Shown here: positions 39,179 to 50,589 of the stretch, piece after piece | Numbering within the stretch: position 1 is the first letter of the stretch | How the letters are laid out: every line of letters begins with the position of its first letter | Assembly: GCF_006345805.1 (NCBI RefSeq) | Contig: NC_043020.1 | Coordinates: 22,878,001-22,942,000 of the forward strand | Direction of reading: 5' to 3' | Length of the DNA stretch: 64,000 nt | Source of the DNA: Octopus sinensis | Lineage: Eukaryota | Program-made: the position numbers and the translations under genes | The notes under the pieces: generated by a model | What the model saw: the letters and a program-made list of their open reading frames with translations, nothing else | The model's database searches: none | Told to the model about the DNA's origin: nothing

Positions 39179-39568
39179 GTAAGAGTTTCTTTTTTAATTA
39201 CGGGGATGTACTTGCATAGCAAGTGACCTGATCTGAGGTCGTGTGCTGGAACGAAAACAATTGCAGCGTGGAAGGTGTTTATAAGCCATTTAAGAAACAC
39301 GCAAAATCCGTTAGATTCACTTCACCATTTAAATTTAATTTGTCGAAATATTTTCGTCGCTTTGAGACAGTGACCTGTCCACTGAGATGCCGCACGGAAT
39401 TTTGTCACTTGCCCAAGGTGCCACACAGTGGGACTGAACCCGGAACCATGTGGGTGCGAAGCTAGCTTCTTAACCACACAGCCATGCCTACACCTATGTA
39501 AATATTTGCAAATATGTATGTAATACATAAATATCAACGTATCCTTTCTACTCTCTCTTATTTTCCAG

Positions 39569-39718
39569 TGGCCCTACAGTGAATTTATTAGTATTGTGCC
39601 GAATAGTAAGGCACCCACCAATAATGAATTCTCCATTACAATGCGCAAGAATCAGCGTAAAATAGAGACAATGAGGTTCTCAACAGACCACCGACCAGAC
39701 CTTTTGACGGAGGCATTG
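39569..39718 (+). CDS. DNAJC13: DNAJC13 exon 3 (WPYSEFISIVPN...RFSTDHRPDLLTEAL)
   Basis: ttccAG / GTAAGT; 150 nt, 50 codons; matches WPY...FSTEHRTELLTEAL. Confidence 0.97.
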
Positions 39719-40947
39719 GTAAGTTAAACCTTAAATCTTCTGTTTCTTGTGTTCTTTTCATCCCTGGTTCTTTCAGCTTCTACTTCCATATTTCCTTGTA
39801 ACCATAGGTAAGATGAAGCAGCAAGATAGTCTCTATGTGCTAGAAAGAGCAGTTAGATCTAAATCTCTCTCAAATTACGCACCGTTGTAATCATCATCAT
39901 CATTTAACGTCCGCTTTCCATGCGTATGATTTTGACTGAGGGCTGGCGAACCAGATGGCTGCACCAGGCTCCAATCTTGATTTGGCAGAGTTTCTACAGC
40001 TGGATGCCCTTCCTAACACCGACTACTCTGAGAGTGTAGTGGGTGCTTTTTATGTGCCACCAGCACTTGGGCCAGTCAGGCGGTACTGGCAATGACCTCG
40101 CTCGAATCTTTTTACACATGCCACAAGCACAGGTGCCAGTAAGGTGATGTTGGTAACGATCACACTCAAATGGTGCCCTTTTATGTGCCACCGACACGGA
40201 AGCCAGTTGGCTGCCCTGGCAACGATCACGCTTGGATGGTGCTCTTGGCACCCTACTAGCACGGGCACGAGTACCAGTAAGACGACGCTGGTAACGCTTG
40301 GGTGGTAGAATCAAAGGTGCATTTTCTTGATGGGATGGTTGTGGGTGGAGTGTCTTCGATCCTAGATCTGTTCAGTAGAGGCTGACTTGGGACTAAGCAG
40401 TCGCTACATTCCATGTCTTGAATTTTATGTTTATTCTTTTTTAATCCTTTAATATTTAAACTGGCCACATGTGGTCCAAATATTCTACATGTTTTCTGCT
40501 CAAATTGGTCAGGTTTGGCCTCTCACACCAACCCTACAATGTCATTCTAAAAAATTAAGCCACCTCATCAAAATTTCAAAGCGATATGATGCAGTGTGTA
40601 TTGGTGTGTGCATGTGCGAGAGAGATTGAATGTATGTGTAAAGCCGTGTGTATGTGTCTGTGTCCGTCCAGTGGAGGGCTTGATGGTTTCTTGTGCTCAG
40701 CCTGTCTGTCACCCATGGTTGGCTCGACTCTCTCCCGTGGTTGGCTTGACTATCTCTCATGGTTGGCTTGACTGTCTCCCGTGGCCAGCTCATCTGTCTC
40801 CTGTAGTCAGCTTGTTACCAGTTCCTAGTCTCTGTCCCTTTTGGCCAGTATGTATATTTCCAGTGACCATTTGATGTCCAGTTATATATAATTTGTAAAA
40901 CCACTGTGGTTATTCTCTAATTATTGTCAATTTATTTTCTCTTCCAG

Positions 40948-40989
40948 CGTTTCCGAAAACTATTTGCTGAACAGAACACCAATGTCAAG
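40948..40989 (+). CDS. DNAJC13: DNAJC13 exon 4 (RFRKLFAEQNTNVK)
   Basis: cttccAG / GTAAGA; 42 nt, phase 0/0; fills the gap between exons 3 and 5 of the RME-8 alignment. Confidence 0.9.
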
Positions 40990-41433
40990 GTAAGATAATT
41001 AAAAAAGCTACATATTTTTTAAATAATTGTTGCATTTTATATGACAGAAGCAGCCAGAACTGAGCAAGTTTCTTGCTGTAGAGCAGCTAAACCTATTCAT
41101 TTCTGGTGTTGTTTCAAATGATAGTGATAGTGAAATCTGCTAAAGGCCACCATGTGGTTTGTGGAGGCCCAGGCGTTAAACCAGGTGACACATTAGACTG
41201 ACCTTAGAGTCCATTTTTGGACTGTTGGCGCCACAGTATTCTTCCCTTTTATGTTCAAAGAGTCACTCTATTGAGTCAAAGCAATTTCATCGATCCTTTG
41301 GCCCATGGTTGTGTGTATCTCCGTTCATGTGTCTGTGTGTGCATGCTTATGCCTGTATGTTTCAGTGTGTCTGTCTCTCTCTCGTTTTCTCTCTGTGCTT
41401 GTTTTTAAGTTTTTTTCTTCTTCTTTCTTTCAG

Positions 41434-41580
41434 CGATTCAATGCCTTCAAATATCACTGGTCAGAAACTCGTGTCACTGTGATCCTTGAGGTCAATCCCT
41501 CGTCACTGGATCAAGTCGATCCAGCAACAAATAAAGTCTTAGTTTCATATGATTACAAAGACATGGAAGGTTTAACTATG
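41434..41580 (+). CDS. DNAJC13: DNAJC13 exon 5 (RFNAFKYHWSETRVTVILEVNP...SYDYKDMEGLTM)
   Basis: tttcAG / GTAAGT; 147 nt; matches YKHHWSDSRKPVILEVTP...SYDYRNIEG. Confidence 0.97.
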
Positions 41581-41724
41581 GTAAGTTTGATTTTGGACTC
41601 TTGTCTATTCTTAACCACACACACACACATACTCTCTCTCTCTCTCTAGCTTCCATCATTCAGAGTTGACAACTGGAAAGTTCCTATCCAGGAAAGAGAT
41701 ATAAAATACAGTGTACATTTAAAA

Positions 41725-42000
41725 ACATAAGAGGTGTCCATCATAGGACTCCCTTATGCTAGAAGGAACAACTAAAGTCCAAACCACTAATTAGAGATAA
41801 AGATTTCAACAAAAGAAAGAGTGAGAGAAAGTTATGGTGAAAGAGTACAGCAGGGATCACCACTACACTCTTCCGGAGCTTCGTGGAGCTTTTAGGTGTT
41901 TTCGCTCAATAAACACTCACAATGCCCGGACTGGGAATCGAAACCACGATCCTGTGACCGCAAGTTCGCTGCCCTAACCGCTGGGCCATTGCGCCTCCAC
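41725..42000 (-). mobile_element. tRNA-derived SINE, further family
   Basis: Minus-strand head GGAGGCGCAATGGCCCAGCGG...GGTTTCGATTCCC. Confidence 0.65.
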
Positions 42001-42043
42001 TGTACATGTATGCCTGTATATATATATATATATATATGAATTT

Positions 42044-42275
42044 AGGCGGCGAGCTGGCAGAATCGCTAGCATGCCGGGCGAATTGCGTAGCCGCATTTCG
42101 TCTGCCGTTACGTTCTGGGTTCAAATTCCGCCGAGGTCGACTTTGCCTTTCATCCTTTCAGGGTCGATAAATTAAGGACCAGTTACGCACTGGGGTCGAT
42201 ATAATCGACTTAATCCGTTTTTCTGTCCTTGTTTGTCCCCTCTGTGTTTAGCCCCTTGTGGGTAGTAAAGAAATA
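42044..42275 (+). mobile_element. tRNA-derived SINE family 3 (~230 bp)
   Basis: GGCGGCGAGCTGGCAGAA...GTTCAAATTCC...GACTTTGCCTTTCATCC...GGGTCGAT. Other copies at ~4405-4630(-), 6660-6810(-), 7740-7930(-), 13489-13720(+), 30173-30407(+), 38680-38890(-) and 54785-55177(+, tandem). Confidence 0.8.
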
Positions 42276-42372
42276 TATATATATATGAATATGTATGTAT
42301 GCATGTGAATATCTAATTAACACATTGTTACATTTCACTGTAATTAATTAGCGCTTTGTCTCTCTTTATTAG

Positions 42373-42426
42373 GTGTCTGATTACCCAGGGGGTGTGGCTG
42401 TGATATACGGAGGCAACAGTCGATTG
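42373..42426 (+). CDS. DNAJC13: DNAJC13 exon 6 (VSDYPGGVAVIYGGNSRL)
   Basis: tattAG / GTGAGT; 54 nt; matches LSDYQGGFCILYGGFSRL. Confidence 0.95.
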
Positions 42427-42689
42427 GTGAGTCATGTTTCCATTAGCCTTTGTTACTGTTTTGGTGCACATGTGTGTTCCTGCATGCACATGTAGCATTT
42501 GTTTGCTTCTCTGTCCATTTTTGCGCCTGCATTTGTTTCTTTGTATGTGTATTTGTTAGTGTGGGTGTTTGTGTGTGTGTGTGTATGTATTGTTTGTATA
42601 TGTTTTTGTGTGTGTGTTTGCTGTTTTGGCTAAGACCTCTGCTTGCGAAGACCTGTTGAGGCAAGTGAAATTAAAATCAAATTCAATGA

Positions 42690-43200
42690 CTGGCGTCCGT
42701 GCTAGCGGGGTGCAAAGAGCACCATACGAGTGTGATCATTGACAGAGCGGCTAACTGGTATCCGTGCCAGTGGCACTTAAAAGGCACCTTTCGAGTGTGA
42801 TCGTGACCAGCGTCGCCTTACTGGCACTCAAGCCCTGTGCTAGTAGGGTATTAAGAGCACCATCTGAGCATGATCGTTGCCAGAGCGGCTATCTGGCCTC
42901 CGTGCCGGTGGCATGTAAAAGACACCATTCGAGCGTGATCGTTACCAGCATCGCTTCACTGGCACCTGTAAAAGATTCGAGCGAGGTCGTTGCCAGTACC
43001 GCCTGAATGGCCCCGTTCCGGTGGCACGTAAAAGCATCCACTACACCCTTGGAGTGGTTGGCGTTAGGAAGGTCACCCAGCTGTAGAAACTCTGCCAGAT
43101 TAAGATTGGATTTTGGTGCAGCCATATGGTTCGCCAGCCCTCAGTCAAATCGTCCAACCCATGCTAGCATGGAAAGCGGACATTAAACGATGATGATGAT
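42690..43200 (+). mobile_element. RTE-related 3'-end element with internal degenerate tandem repeats and (GAT)n tail
   Basis: GTTGGCGTTAGGAAGG...CCAGCTGTAGAAA...CCCATGCTAGCATGGAAAGCGGAC + (GAT)n. Other + copies at ~8850-9205, 19125-19468, 46258-46438, 49695-49840, 56670-57328 and 61340-61610. Confidence 0.7.
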
Positions 43201-43829
43201 TAGATAGACAGAAACACACACAAGCATGCAAAATTAGTACAGCAGAAATAATTTACTGCATGGTGGATGGAATGATAGATATTGCATAATGTAATTGACA
43301 GGATGGTGATCGGTCGGCAGTAAATACATCGTTTTGATGGTTTCACTGAACCTGTCTGTTTTCCGCTTTTACATTGGTTGGTTTTTTGATGAAGAGGCGT
43401 CTTTTTAATTTACTCTAGTTAAGGCTGCTTTTTTTTTCTTAAATTTACTTTGGTGTGTCTAAACATGTTTGGGTATTCAAAGAAAACAATGTAATTGCAA
43501 ATATAAAATGGGAAATAATAGACTGCATACAATCATGCATAAATGGTTCTGGAACCTGTCTCCTATGTACCATGCAAACATACCACATACTTACACACAT
43601 ACATCCTATATAATAGAACTGAGCTCATATCAGATGGATGACACAAAAGAAAATTCATCTTCAAAAGATGGTCTGAATTTCAAACAGGACTTTGGACCTT
43701 CCTTTAAAGATTTATTTTTCATTGAAATCTTAATTACTAATTCTAATGCTCTATTAGGAAATTGCAAAATCCTATTTCAGCATCAATATTTCATGTGGCG
43801 TGTTTTATTTATAATTGTTGTCATTTCAG

Positions 43830-43972
43830 CATCTGTTTGTGCTGGACCAGAAAGAACAGCTGATCAAGAGTATAGCAGACTCGGCGGCGAACAATATTGG
43901 AATTTCTGTAAAATGTAGAAAAGATCCCATCACATTTGACCAGTTTCTTTCCCACAAATTTGGTAATTTCAG
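43830..43972 (+). CDS. DNAJC13: DNAJC13 exon 7 (HLFVLDQKEQLIKSIADSAANNIGISVKCRKDPITFDQFLSHKFGNF + AG)
   Basis: tttcAG / GTGAGT; 143 nt, phase 0 to 2. Confidence 0.95.
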
Positions 43973-44426
43973 GTGAGTTTGTAAACTTTATTATTATTAT
44001 TAATATTACTGAGTGGGAGAGCAGTGCATGCCATCAAGTGAAACTGGGGTAAAATATACGAAGCCCAGTATACCCATCATGACTACCCGTCTGATAAGGG
44101 TACACCAGGCACATGCATCACAACTATATGTGCGTGACATGGTGATCTCATATCAAGATAAACAGCACATGACCTTGCAGGTGGGGCCCAGTTAGAATTT
44201 TCCTCTGGTCAAGTAGCCTATCCCGCTCAAAAGGTCCCTGAATAAGGATAATTTAAGGATGTTGAACGAACCATATTTCCAAAGGTGAATTAACCAAACC
44301 TCCAAGAATTCCATTCAACACACGGCTATGATGCTCCCCCACTATTTTTGCTCGGGATCAGAGATGCACATATCGTCAACAAGAACTTCTGGCAGCGTAT
44401 TTTTCGTTTGTCACTTATTTATGACA

Positions 44427-44868
44427 ACCCTAACCCTAAAACCCTAACCTTAAAACCCTAACACCCTAACCCGAAAACCCTAACCTTAAAACCCTAACAC
44501 CCTAACCTTAAAACCCTAACACCCTAACCCGAAAACCCTAACCTTAAAACCCTAAAACCCTAACCTTAAAACCCTAACACCCTAACCCTAAAACCCTAAC
44601 CTTAAAACCCTAACACCCTAACCCGAAAACCCTAACCTTAAAACCCTAAAACCCTAACCTTAAAACCCTAACACCCTAACCCTAAAACCCTAACCTTAAA
44701 ACCCTAAAACCCTAACCTTAAAACCCTAACACCCTAACCCGAAAACCCTAACCTTAAAACCCTAAAACCCTAACCTTAAAACCCTAACACCCTAACCCTA
44801 AAACCCTAACCTTAAAACCCTAACACCCTAACCCGAAAACCCTAATCCTATAACCTTAAAACTAAAAC
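44427..44868. repeat. Interstitial telomere-like array (CCCTAA variants, higher-order structure)
   Basis: Built from AAAACCCTAACCTT, AAAACCCT and AAAACCCTAACACCCTAACCC(G/T) blocks. Confidence 0.9.
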
Positions 44869-45254
44869 CAGTACAAACGCATGAATGATGTCATAAATAA
44901 CAGGGCCGTAGTAAAAGACACTGTCCAAGGTGCCACACAGTGGGCTTGAACCTGAGATCGTGTGGCTGTGAAGCAAACTTCTTAATGACACAGCCATGAC
45001 TTTGCTTATTTTGTGCATGTGTGTATGTGCATGGACACACTCACAAATCTTCCTACCCATTTACAAACACACACACACGGCAAGATTTGTGGGTGCTAAC
45101 TCAATTTATAGATGTTTTTATCATTTCTTGATTATAGTAAAAATTGGTAACAATAGCTTTGATTTCATTCCATAGTTAATTCATTTGACCATGGGTCTTG
45201 TTGATTAAGTCTGAATTTGTACTAATCATCATCATCATCATCATCATTGATTAA

Positions 45255-45475
45255 CCCTTTCATTACCATATTTCTGTTGAGATGCTCTGTGTTTCTTTCA
45301 ATTACTTTAAATATAACAAAGAATTTAATAAAATAACTTAGTTATCATTCAGCTAGTGTTAAAAATGTAAATTGTGACTAAGGTTTGGTGGAAGATTTTA
45401 ATTCAAAACTTATGAGAAAAAGACATTTGTACTAAAGAGCCAGAGGCGGTTTCAGCCGGGTTGGTATCAAAGGGG
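45255..45475. mobile_element. piggyBac-type MITE, copy 1
   Basis: TTAA|CCCTTT...AGGGG|TTAA. Confidence 0.75.
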
Positions 45476-45499
45476 TTAAAAATATCATGGTGACTTGAA

Positions 45500-45721
45500 C
45501 TCTTTTGTTACCATATTTCTGTTGAGATGCTCTGCGCTTCTTTCAATTAATTTTGAATATAACAAAGAATTTAGTAAAATAACTTAGTTATCATTCAGCT
45601 AGTGTTAGGAATGTAAATTGTGACTAAGGTTTGGTGGAAGATTTTAATTCAAAACTTATGAAAAAAAGACATTTGTACTAAAGAGCCAGAGGTGGTTTCA
45701 GCCGGGTTGGTAACAAAAAGG
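45500..45721. mobile_element. piggyBac-type MITE, copy 2 (tandem, 24 bp from copy 1)
   Basis: Near-identical internal sequence; flanks TGAA / TTAA. Confidence 0.7.
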
Positions 45722-45821
45722 TTAATAACTTTGCAAGTCAAAATTATTTCTCCTGTTTTTTTCTTGTTTTTCTTTCTTCCTCAATTTTGTTTTGTTTGTT
45801 TGTTTTTTTTTCTTTTGTCAG

Positions 45822-45981
45822 TTCGGATGAATGTTTAACTTCCTACTCAGAATTTGTAGTCCAGAAAATCTCGCCCCGCCACAATGATTGTGTTCGACGA
45901 ACCCTGTGTCTTACTGAAAACTGTTTGGTCGAACGTGATCCAGCCACATACAATGTAGTCACTTGCAAGCCTCTCTGTGAT
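45822..45981 (+). CDS. DNAJC13: DNAJC13 exon 8 ([21 protein letters not shown]...[17 protein letters not shown])
   Basis: ttgtcAG / GTAAGT; 160 nt; contains [11 protein letters not shown] and [11 protein letters not shown], characteristic of RME-8. Confidence 0.98.
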
Positions 45982-46862
45982 GTAAGTACGCAACCAGTCT
46001 CTTTTATCAATTTACTTTGCTTCTCGTGTGTCGTGCCCAGGCAGTGGCGGACTGGCCAGGTTGCCAGTTTGCCCAATGGCATGTGGGCCTCTGCACCATT
46101 AGAATCCATATAGGGGGGCCCATGTTAGAATCTATGGGGCACATACCCTCAAATTGGAAAATTTTTTATTCACTTCTGGAAGAATGAATTAATTATTTTA
46201 GCCTGGTTGTGTTTGTAGACAATTGAAAAGAATAATTTTAACAAAAAAAAAAAAGAAGTAAAAGCACCCACTACACTCTCGGAGTGGTTGGCGTTAGGAA
46301 GGGCATCCAGCTTGTAGAAACTCTGCCAGATCAAGATTGGAGTTTGGTGCAGCCATCTGGTTCGCCAGACCTCAGTCAAATCGTCCAACCCATGCTAGCA
46401 TGGAAAGCAGACATTAAACGATGATGATGATGATGATCTGAGACCTGAAATTTTGGAGATTTTTTTTTCCCCTATTTTGTTCTACTTGATTCTCTGAAAT
46501 GTTTCACTGTGGATGAGTTGTTGTTCTGTGAAACCAGTCTAAATTCATGATTATTTTAGAATTCAATTGAGACACATAAGGGGTGTATTTTGGTTAGAAA
46601 CATAGTTACGAAAGGATCAAATCTGATTCACCATTGCCCTTTCCTCCAAGGACAGTTCTTGTTCCTCTCCACCATTTTACCTTCACCAGAAAAAAAAAAA
46701 AACAAAAAAAAACCCCTCAAAACAAAACAAACAAATTTCCATTTTTGTGTAATGTTTTGTTGTGATTTTAGTTTTGATCACGTGATTTTGATTGTCTCGA
46801 TTGCTGTTATATGCCTGCTGTGCGACTGCACGGAGTTCTATTCTGTTTGCAGACGACATATA

Positions 46863-47262
46863 TAGGCGCAGGAGTGGCTGTGTGGTAAGTCGCTTGCTAA
46901 ACAACCACATGGTTCCGGGTTCAGTCCCACTGCGTGGCATCTTGGGCAAGTGTCTTCTGCTATAGCCCCGGGCCGACCAATGCCTTGTGAGTGGATTTGG
47001 TAGACGGAAACTGAAAGAAGCCCGTCGTATATATGTATATATATATATATATGTGTATGTGTGTTTGTCTCCCGAGCATTGCTTGACAACTGATGCTGGT
47101 GTTGTTTATGTCCCCGTCACTTAGCGGTTCGGCAAAAAGAGACTGATAGAATAAGTACTGGGCTTACAAAGAATAAGTCCCGGGGGTCGATTTGCTCGAT
47201 TAAAGGCGGTGCTCCAGCATGGCCGCAGTCAAATGACTGAAACAAGTAAAAGAGTAAAAGAG
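46863..47262 (+). mobile_element. SINE family 1 (intron 8)
   Basis: Near full-length copy. Confidence 0.85.
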
Positions 47263-47471
47263 ACATGTCCAGCGTTGGTTTTAGTTAGTCTAGAATCTAG
47301 CAACTCGCTGCATAAAAATGTTATTGCGTTGAAGTTTGGTTTTGCTTACAATTTTAGCAATCTTCGTTCGTATTGTATTTTGCTGTATTTTTAGTCGATT
47401 AAAACCTTTTAAACTTTGATATTCGAGTTTGGGTTTATAACACGTTTATTTTGTTTCCTGGTATTCTTCAG

Positions 47472-47563
47472 ATATTTGCTATTATCCGTTATAATGAGAA
47501 CCCTCAGAGATTTAGTGTTGAACACGTGAAAGGTGATGTGAGGACATACCAATCAACCGATAG
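47472..47563 (+). CDS. DNAJC13: DNAJC13 exon 9 (IFAIIRYNENPQRFSVEHVKGDVRTYQSTD + AG)
   Basis: cttcAG / GTAAGG; 92 nt, phase 0 to 2. Confidence 0.95.
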
Positions 47564-47760
47564 GTAAGGACAAACACTTGGGATTTTAGTCTTTTTTTTG
47601 GGGGGGGGGTTCTTTAATGATTGTTGGTTGTTGAAAGGCTATTGCCTGCCTTTGAGCAAATCTTTTCTATTTGTAGAATAATATTTCTGTGGAGGATAGT
47701 GTAAATGAAAGAGAATGGTACACAAACATTTGTTGTGCTTTTGGAACTATATCATATGCA

Positions 47761-48370
47761 GCTCAAGCATGGATTTGTCACATGTAGCGTATTGGGAATT
47801 GCCACATGTAGCACATTTAGAGCTGCTTCATTTGGTGCATTGGGGGACAGTCTCATGTAGCATACCAGGAGTAGCTGGCATGCAGCATCTTTGAAGCTAC
47901 ATACATGGAGCACATTTGGAGCTGCCCACATGTGAATTTGGAGTTACATGCTGCTGAAGAAAGCGGTTGTTACATGTAGTATATTGGGAATTGCCACATG
48001 TAGCACATTTAGAGATGCTTCGTTTGGTGCATTGGGGGGACAGTCTCATGTAGCACACCAGGAGTAGCTGGCATGCAACACCTTTGAAGCCACATACATG
48101 CAGCACATTTGGAGCTGTCCATATGTGAATTTGGAGTTAGGTACTGCTCAAGCAAGGGGTTGTCACATGTAGTGTATTGGGAGTCACCACATGTAGCACA
48201 TTTGAAGTTGCCTTATTTTGTGCATTGGGAGAAGTCTCATGTTGCACACTGGGGAAAGTGTCATGCATCACAAATGGGAGCAGCTCCACATGTAGCACCT
48301 TTGGAGCTGCCCACATGTAGTGCATTTGGAATTATCTATATGCAGTGTATTTAGAGCTGCCCACATGCAG
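47761..48370. repeat. ~192-193-bp degenerate tandem repeat (about 3 units) built of ~24-bp subunits
   Basis: CATGTAG..TATTGGG at 47781, 47973 and 48166. Confidence 0.8.
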
Positions 48371-48658
48371 CATGTTTGACCAGAATAAACAAACAATGCA
48401 ATGTGGACAATCCTGTCTGGGATTTTGTTCTGTCCATAAAACACCATAATTTGCTTCAAAGGCCACAAAATAACCCACTTCACTCCACTGGACATTACAT
48501 TGACCATTCTCACAAACCAGTTAAGCAAGACCCTAAATTCTAAAAATGTAAGATGATCTGCACATGTGATGGTTATAATTTATTAGTTTAGTTAAATCTT
48601 TTCTGAGTTGATTTTTAACTAATTAATTAAAATTATTTTCCCTCCTCTCAATTTACAG

Positions 48659-48756
48659 GGATGCCTTATTAGCATCATTGTTAGACGGTGTCCGTGCATC
48701 TGGCAACCGAGATGTTTGTGTGAAGATGAGTCAAACTAAAAGAGGATACCGATTGG
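48659..48756 (+). CDS. DNAJC13: DNAJC13 exon 10 ([33 protein letters not shown] + G)
   Basis: ttacAG / GTAACA; 98 nt; [21 protein letters not shown] is essentially invariant in RME-8. Confidence 0.98.
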
Positions 48757-49074
48757 GTAACATTTTTTTTGTGTTTTTTTAATTTTTTTTTTTTACATAA
48801 ATTTTTCATTTTTATATTGATCCAGTTGGTCATAACACAAATTTTTACTGATTCATCATCATTTTAAGGTCCACTTTTCCATGTTTCCGTGGGCTGCATC
48901 GGAGTTTATTGAGACAGGTTTTTTTTTTTACAGCTGCATAATTTTCCTGATGACAACTCTCACATGTTTCCAAGCAAAGTTTCTATTCCCTGATGACCGG
49001 ATATATTTTAACAGAATATAGAAATGAATGACCTTCCTTCCATGGCAATCGTTTATGACTCTCACAAGGAGACA

Positions 49075-49672
49075 CATACAACACAGCACAAAATGACATG
49101 CAACATACCTGCAATGCACCACACATGCAGCACAACACAAAATGTACCACACATGTAGCACAACACAAAATGTACCACACATGCAGCACAACACAAAATG
49201 TACCACACATGCAGCACAACACAAAATGCACCACACATGCAGCACAACACAAAATGTACCACACATGCAGCACAACACAAAATGTACCACACATGCAGCA
49301 CAACACAAAATGCACCACACATGCAGCACAACACAAAATGTACCACATAAGTACCACATGAAACACAATGTACCACACAGGCAACACATGTACCACATAT
49401 GCAACACAATGTACCACACAGGCAACACATGTACCACATGCAACACATTGTACCACACAGGCAACACATTGTACCACATGCAACACATTGTACCACACAG
49501 GCAACACATGTACCACATATGCAACACACGTACCACACATGCAGCACAAAACATGCAACACAATGCATCACATGCAACATAACGCATGCAACACAAAATG
49601 CACCATACATGCAACACAACAAAATGCACCACACATGCAACACAACAAAATGCACCACACATGCAACACAAT
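49075..49672. repeat. 28-bp minisatellite grading into ~20-bp variants
   Basis: (CACACATGCAGCACAACACAAAATGTAC)n; produces the H/T/Q-rich and C/V-rich ORFs. Confidence 0.9.
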
Positions 49673-50084
49673 ATATAACGATAGTGATATATATGGCTTT
49701 AGGAAGGGCATCCAGCTGTAGAAACTCTGCCAGATCAGATTGGAGCCTGATGCAGCCATCTGGTTTGCCAGTCCTCTGCCAAATCGTCCAACCCATGCTA
49801 GCATGGAAAGCTGACATTAAACGATGATTATGATGATGATACACACACACACATTTTCAGTTTCCAGTCCACCAGAATCACTTGTTAGGCTTTCACTGGC
49901 CCAAGGTGCCACACAATAGGACTGAACCTGAAACCATGTGGTTATGGAGCAACTTCTTGACCACACAGCCATGCCTATGCCTTCGCCATCCCTGACACGT
50001 TTTAATTTCCTTCATTTTTTTTTTTTGTTTTTTGGTTAGCTTAAACCCCTTTTTTAAATTAGGTCCTATTTGTTTTTTTCCCAG

Positions 50085-50153
50085 GTCCCTTCACAGTACC
50101 AGTTGATGAAGAAGTGGAAAGTCAGCACTTGAGGTTTATTCATAGTCCTCCAC
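50085..50153 (+). CDS. DNAJC13: DNAJC13 exon 11 (G-PFTVPVDEEVESQHLRFIHSPP + C)
   Basis: cccAG / GTAAGT; 69 nt; matches PVDEEVESLHLRF. Confidence 0.96.
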
Positions 50154-50159
50154 GTAAGT

Positions 50160-50548
50160 TTAATAAATTTATTATACATTATTTACATTATTTACATTTG
50201 ATGGATATTTGTACTCATCTTGTTTGTTGTTAACACAACATTTCGGCTGATATACCCTCCAGCCTTCATCAGGTGTCTTGGGGAAATTTCGAACCTGGGT
50301 TCTCATTCCTAAGGGTTTTTTCGATGTTTGTTGTTGTTGTTATTATTATTATTATTATTCAGGTTACGTGCCTGGAATTGAACTTGCAATCTTGGGGTTA
50401 GTAGCCTGCGCTCTTAACCACTATGCCATATGACCGTGGGCTGGAGGGTATATCAGCCGAAACATTGTTTTAACAACAAACAAGATGAGGACAAATATCC
50501 GTCAATTGTAATTAATGAACATAATTCCTCATCTCTTAAATATAGAAC
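50160..50548 (-). mobile_element. Composite element: tRNA-like head, (AAT)n spacer, HHR-bearing tail, and inverted partial terminal copy
   Basis: A box TGGCATAGTGG (50418-50428), B box GTTCAATTCC (50374-50383) and HHR (50233-50276), all on the minus strand. An inverted copy of the tail starts at 50439 on the + strand. Confidence 0.7.
50233..50276 (-). ncRNA. Minimal type-I hammerhead ribozyme motif with intact core (family B)
   Basis: Minus strand ACAC-CTGATGA-A-GGCTG(gagggtatat)CAGCC-GAAA-TG-TT-GTGT. Confidence 0.75.
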
Positions 50549-50589
50549 GAAATTTATTATAATTGTAATTAATGATAGAGTATTGTATA

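Noticed and set aside
39342-39386. Minus-strand hammerhead-like layout (GTCAC/GCGAC-GAAA-ATAT-TT)
   Set aside because: The core GTGGACA differs from CUGANGA at three positions and the stems are imperfect.
39539-39547. U12-type donor consensus GTATCCTTT in intron 2
   Set aside because: It lies only ~30 nt upstream of exon 3, too short for an intron, and the U2-type GTAAGA donor at 39179 already gives the correct frame.
44427-44868. True telomere or chromosome-fusion site
   Set aside because: It is intronic, single-orientation, dominated by variant units and bounded by short inverted repeats.
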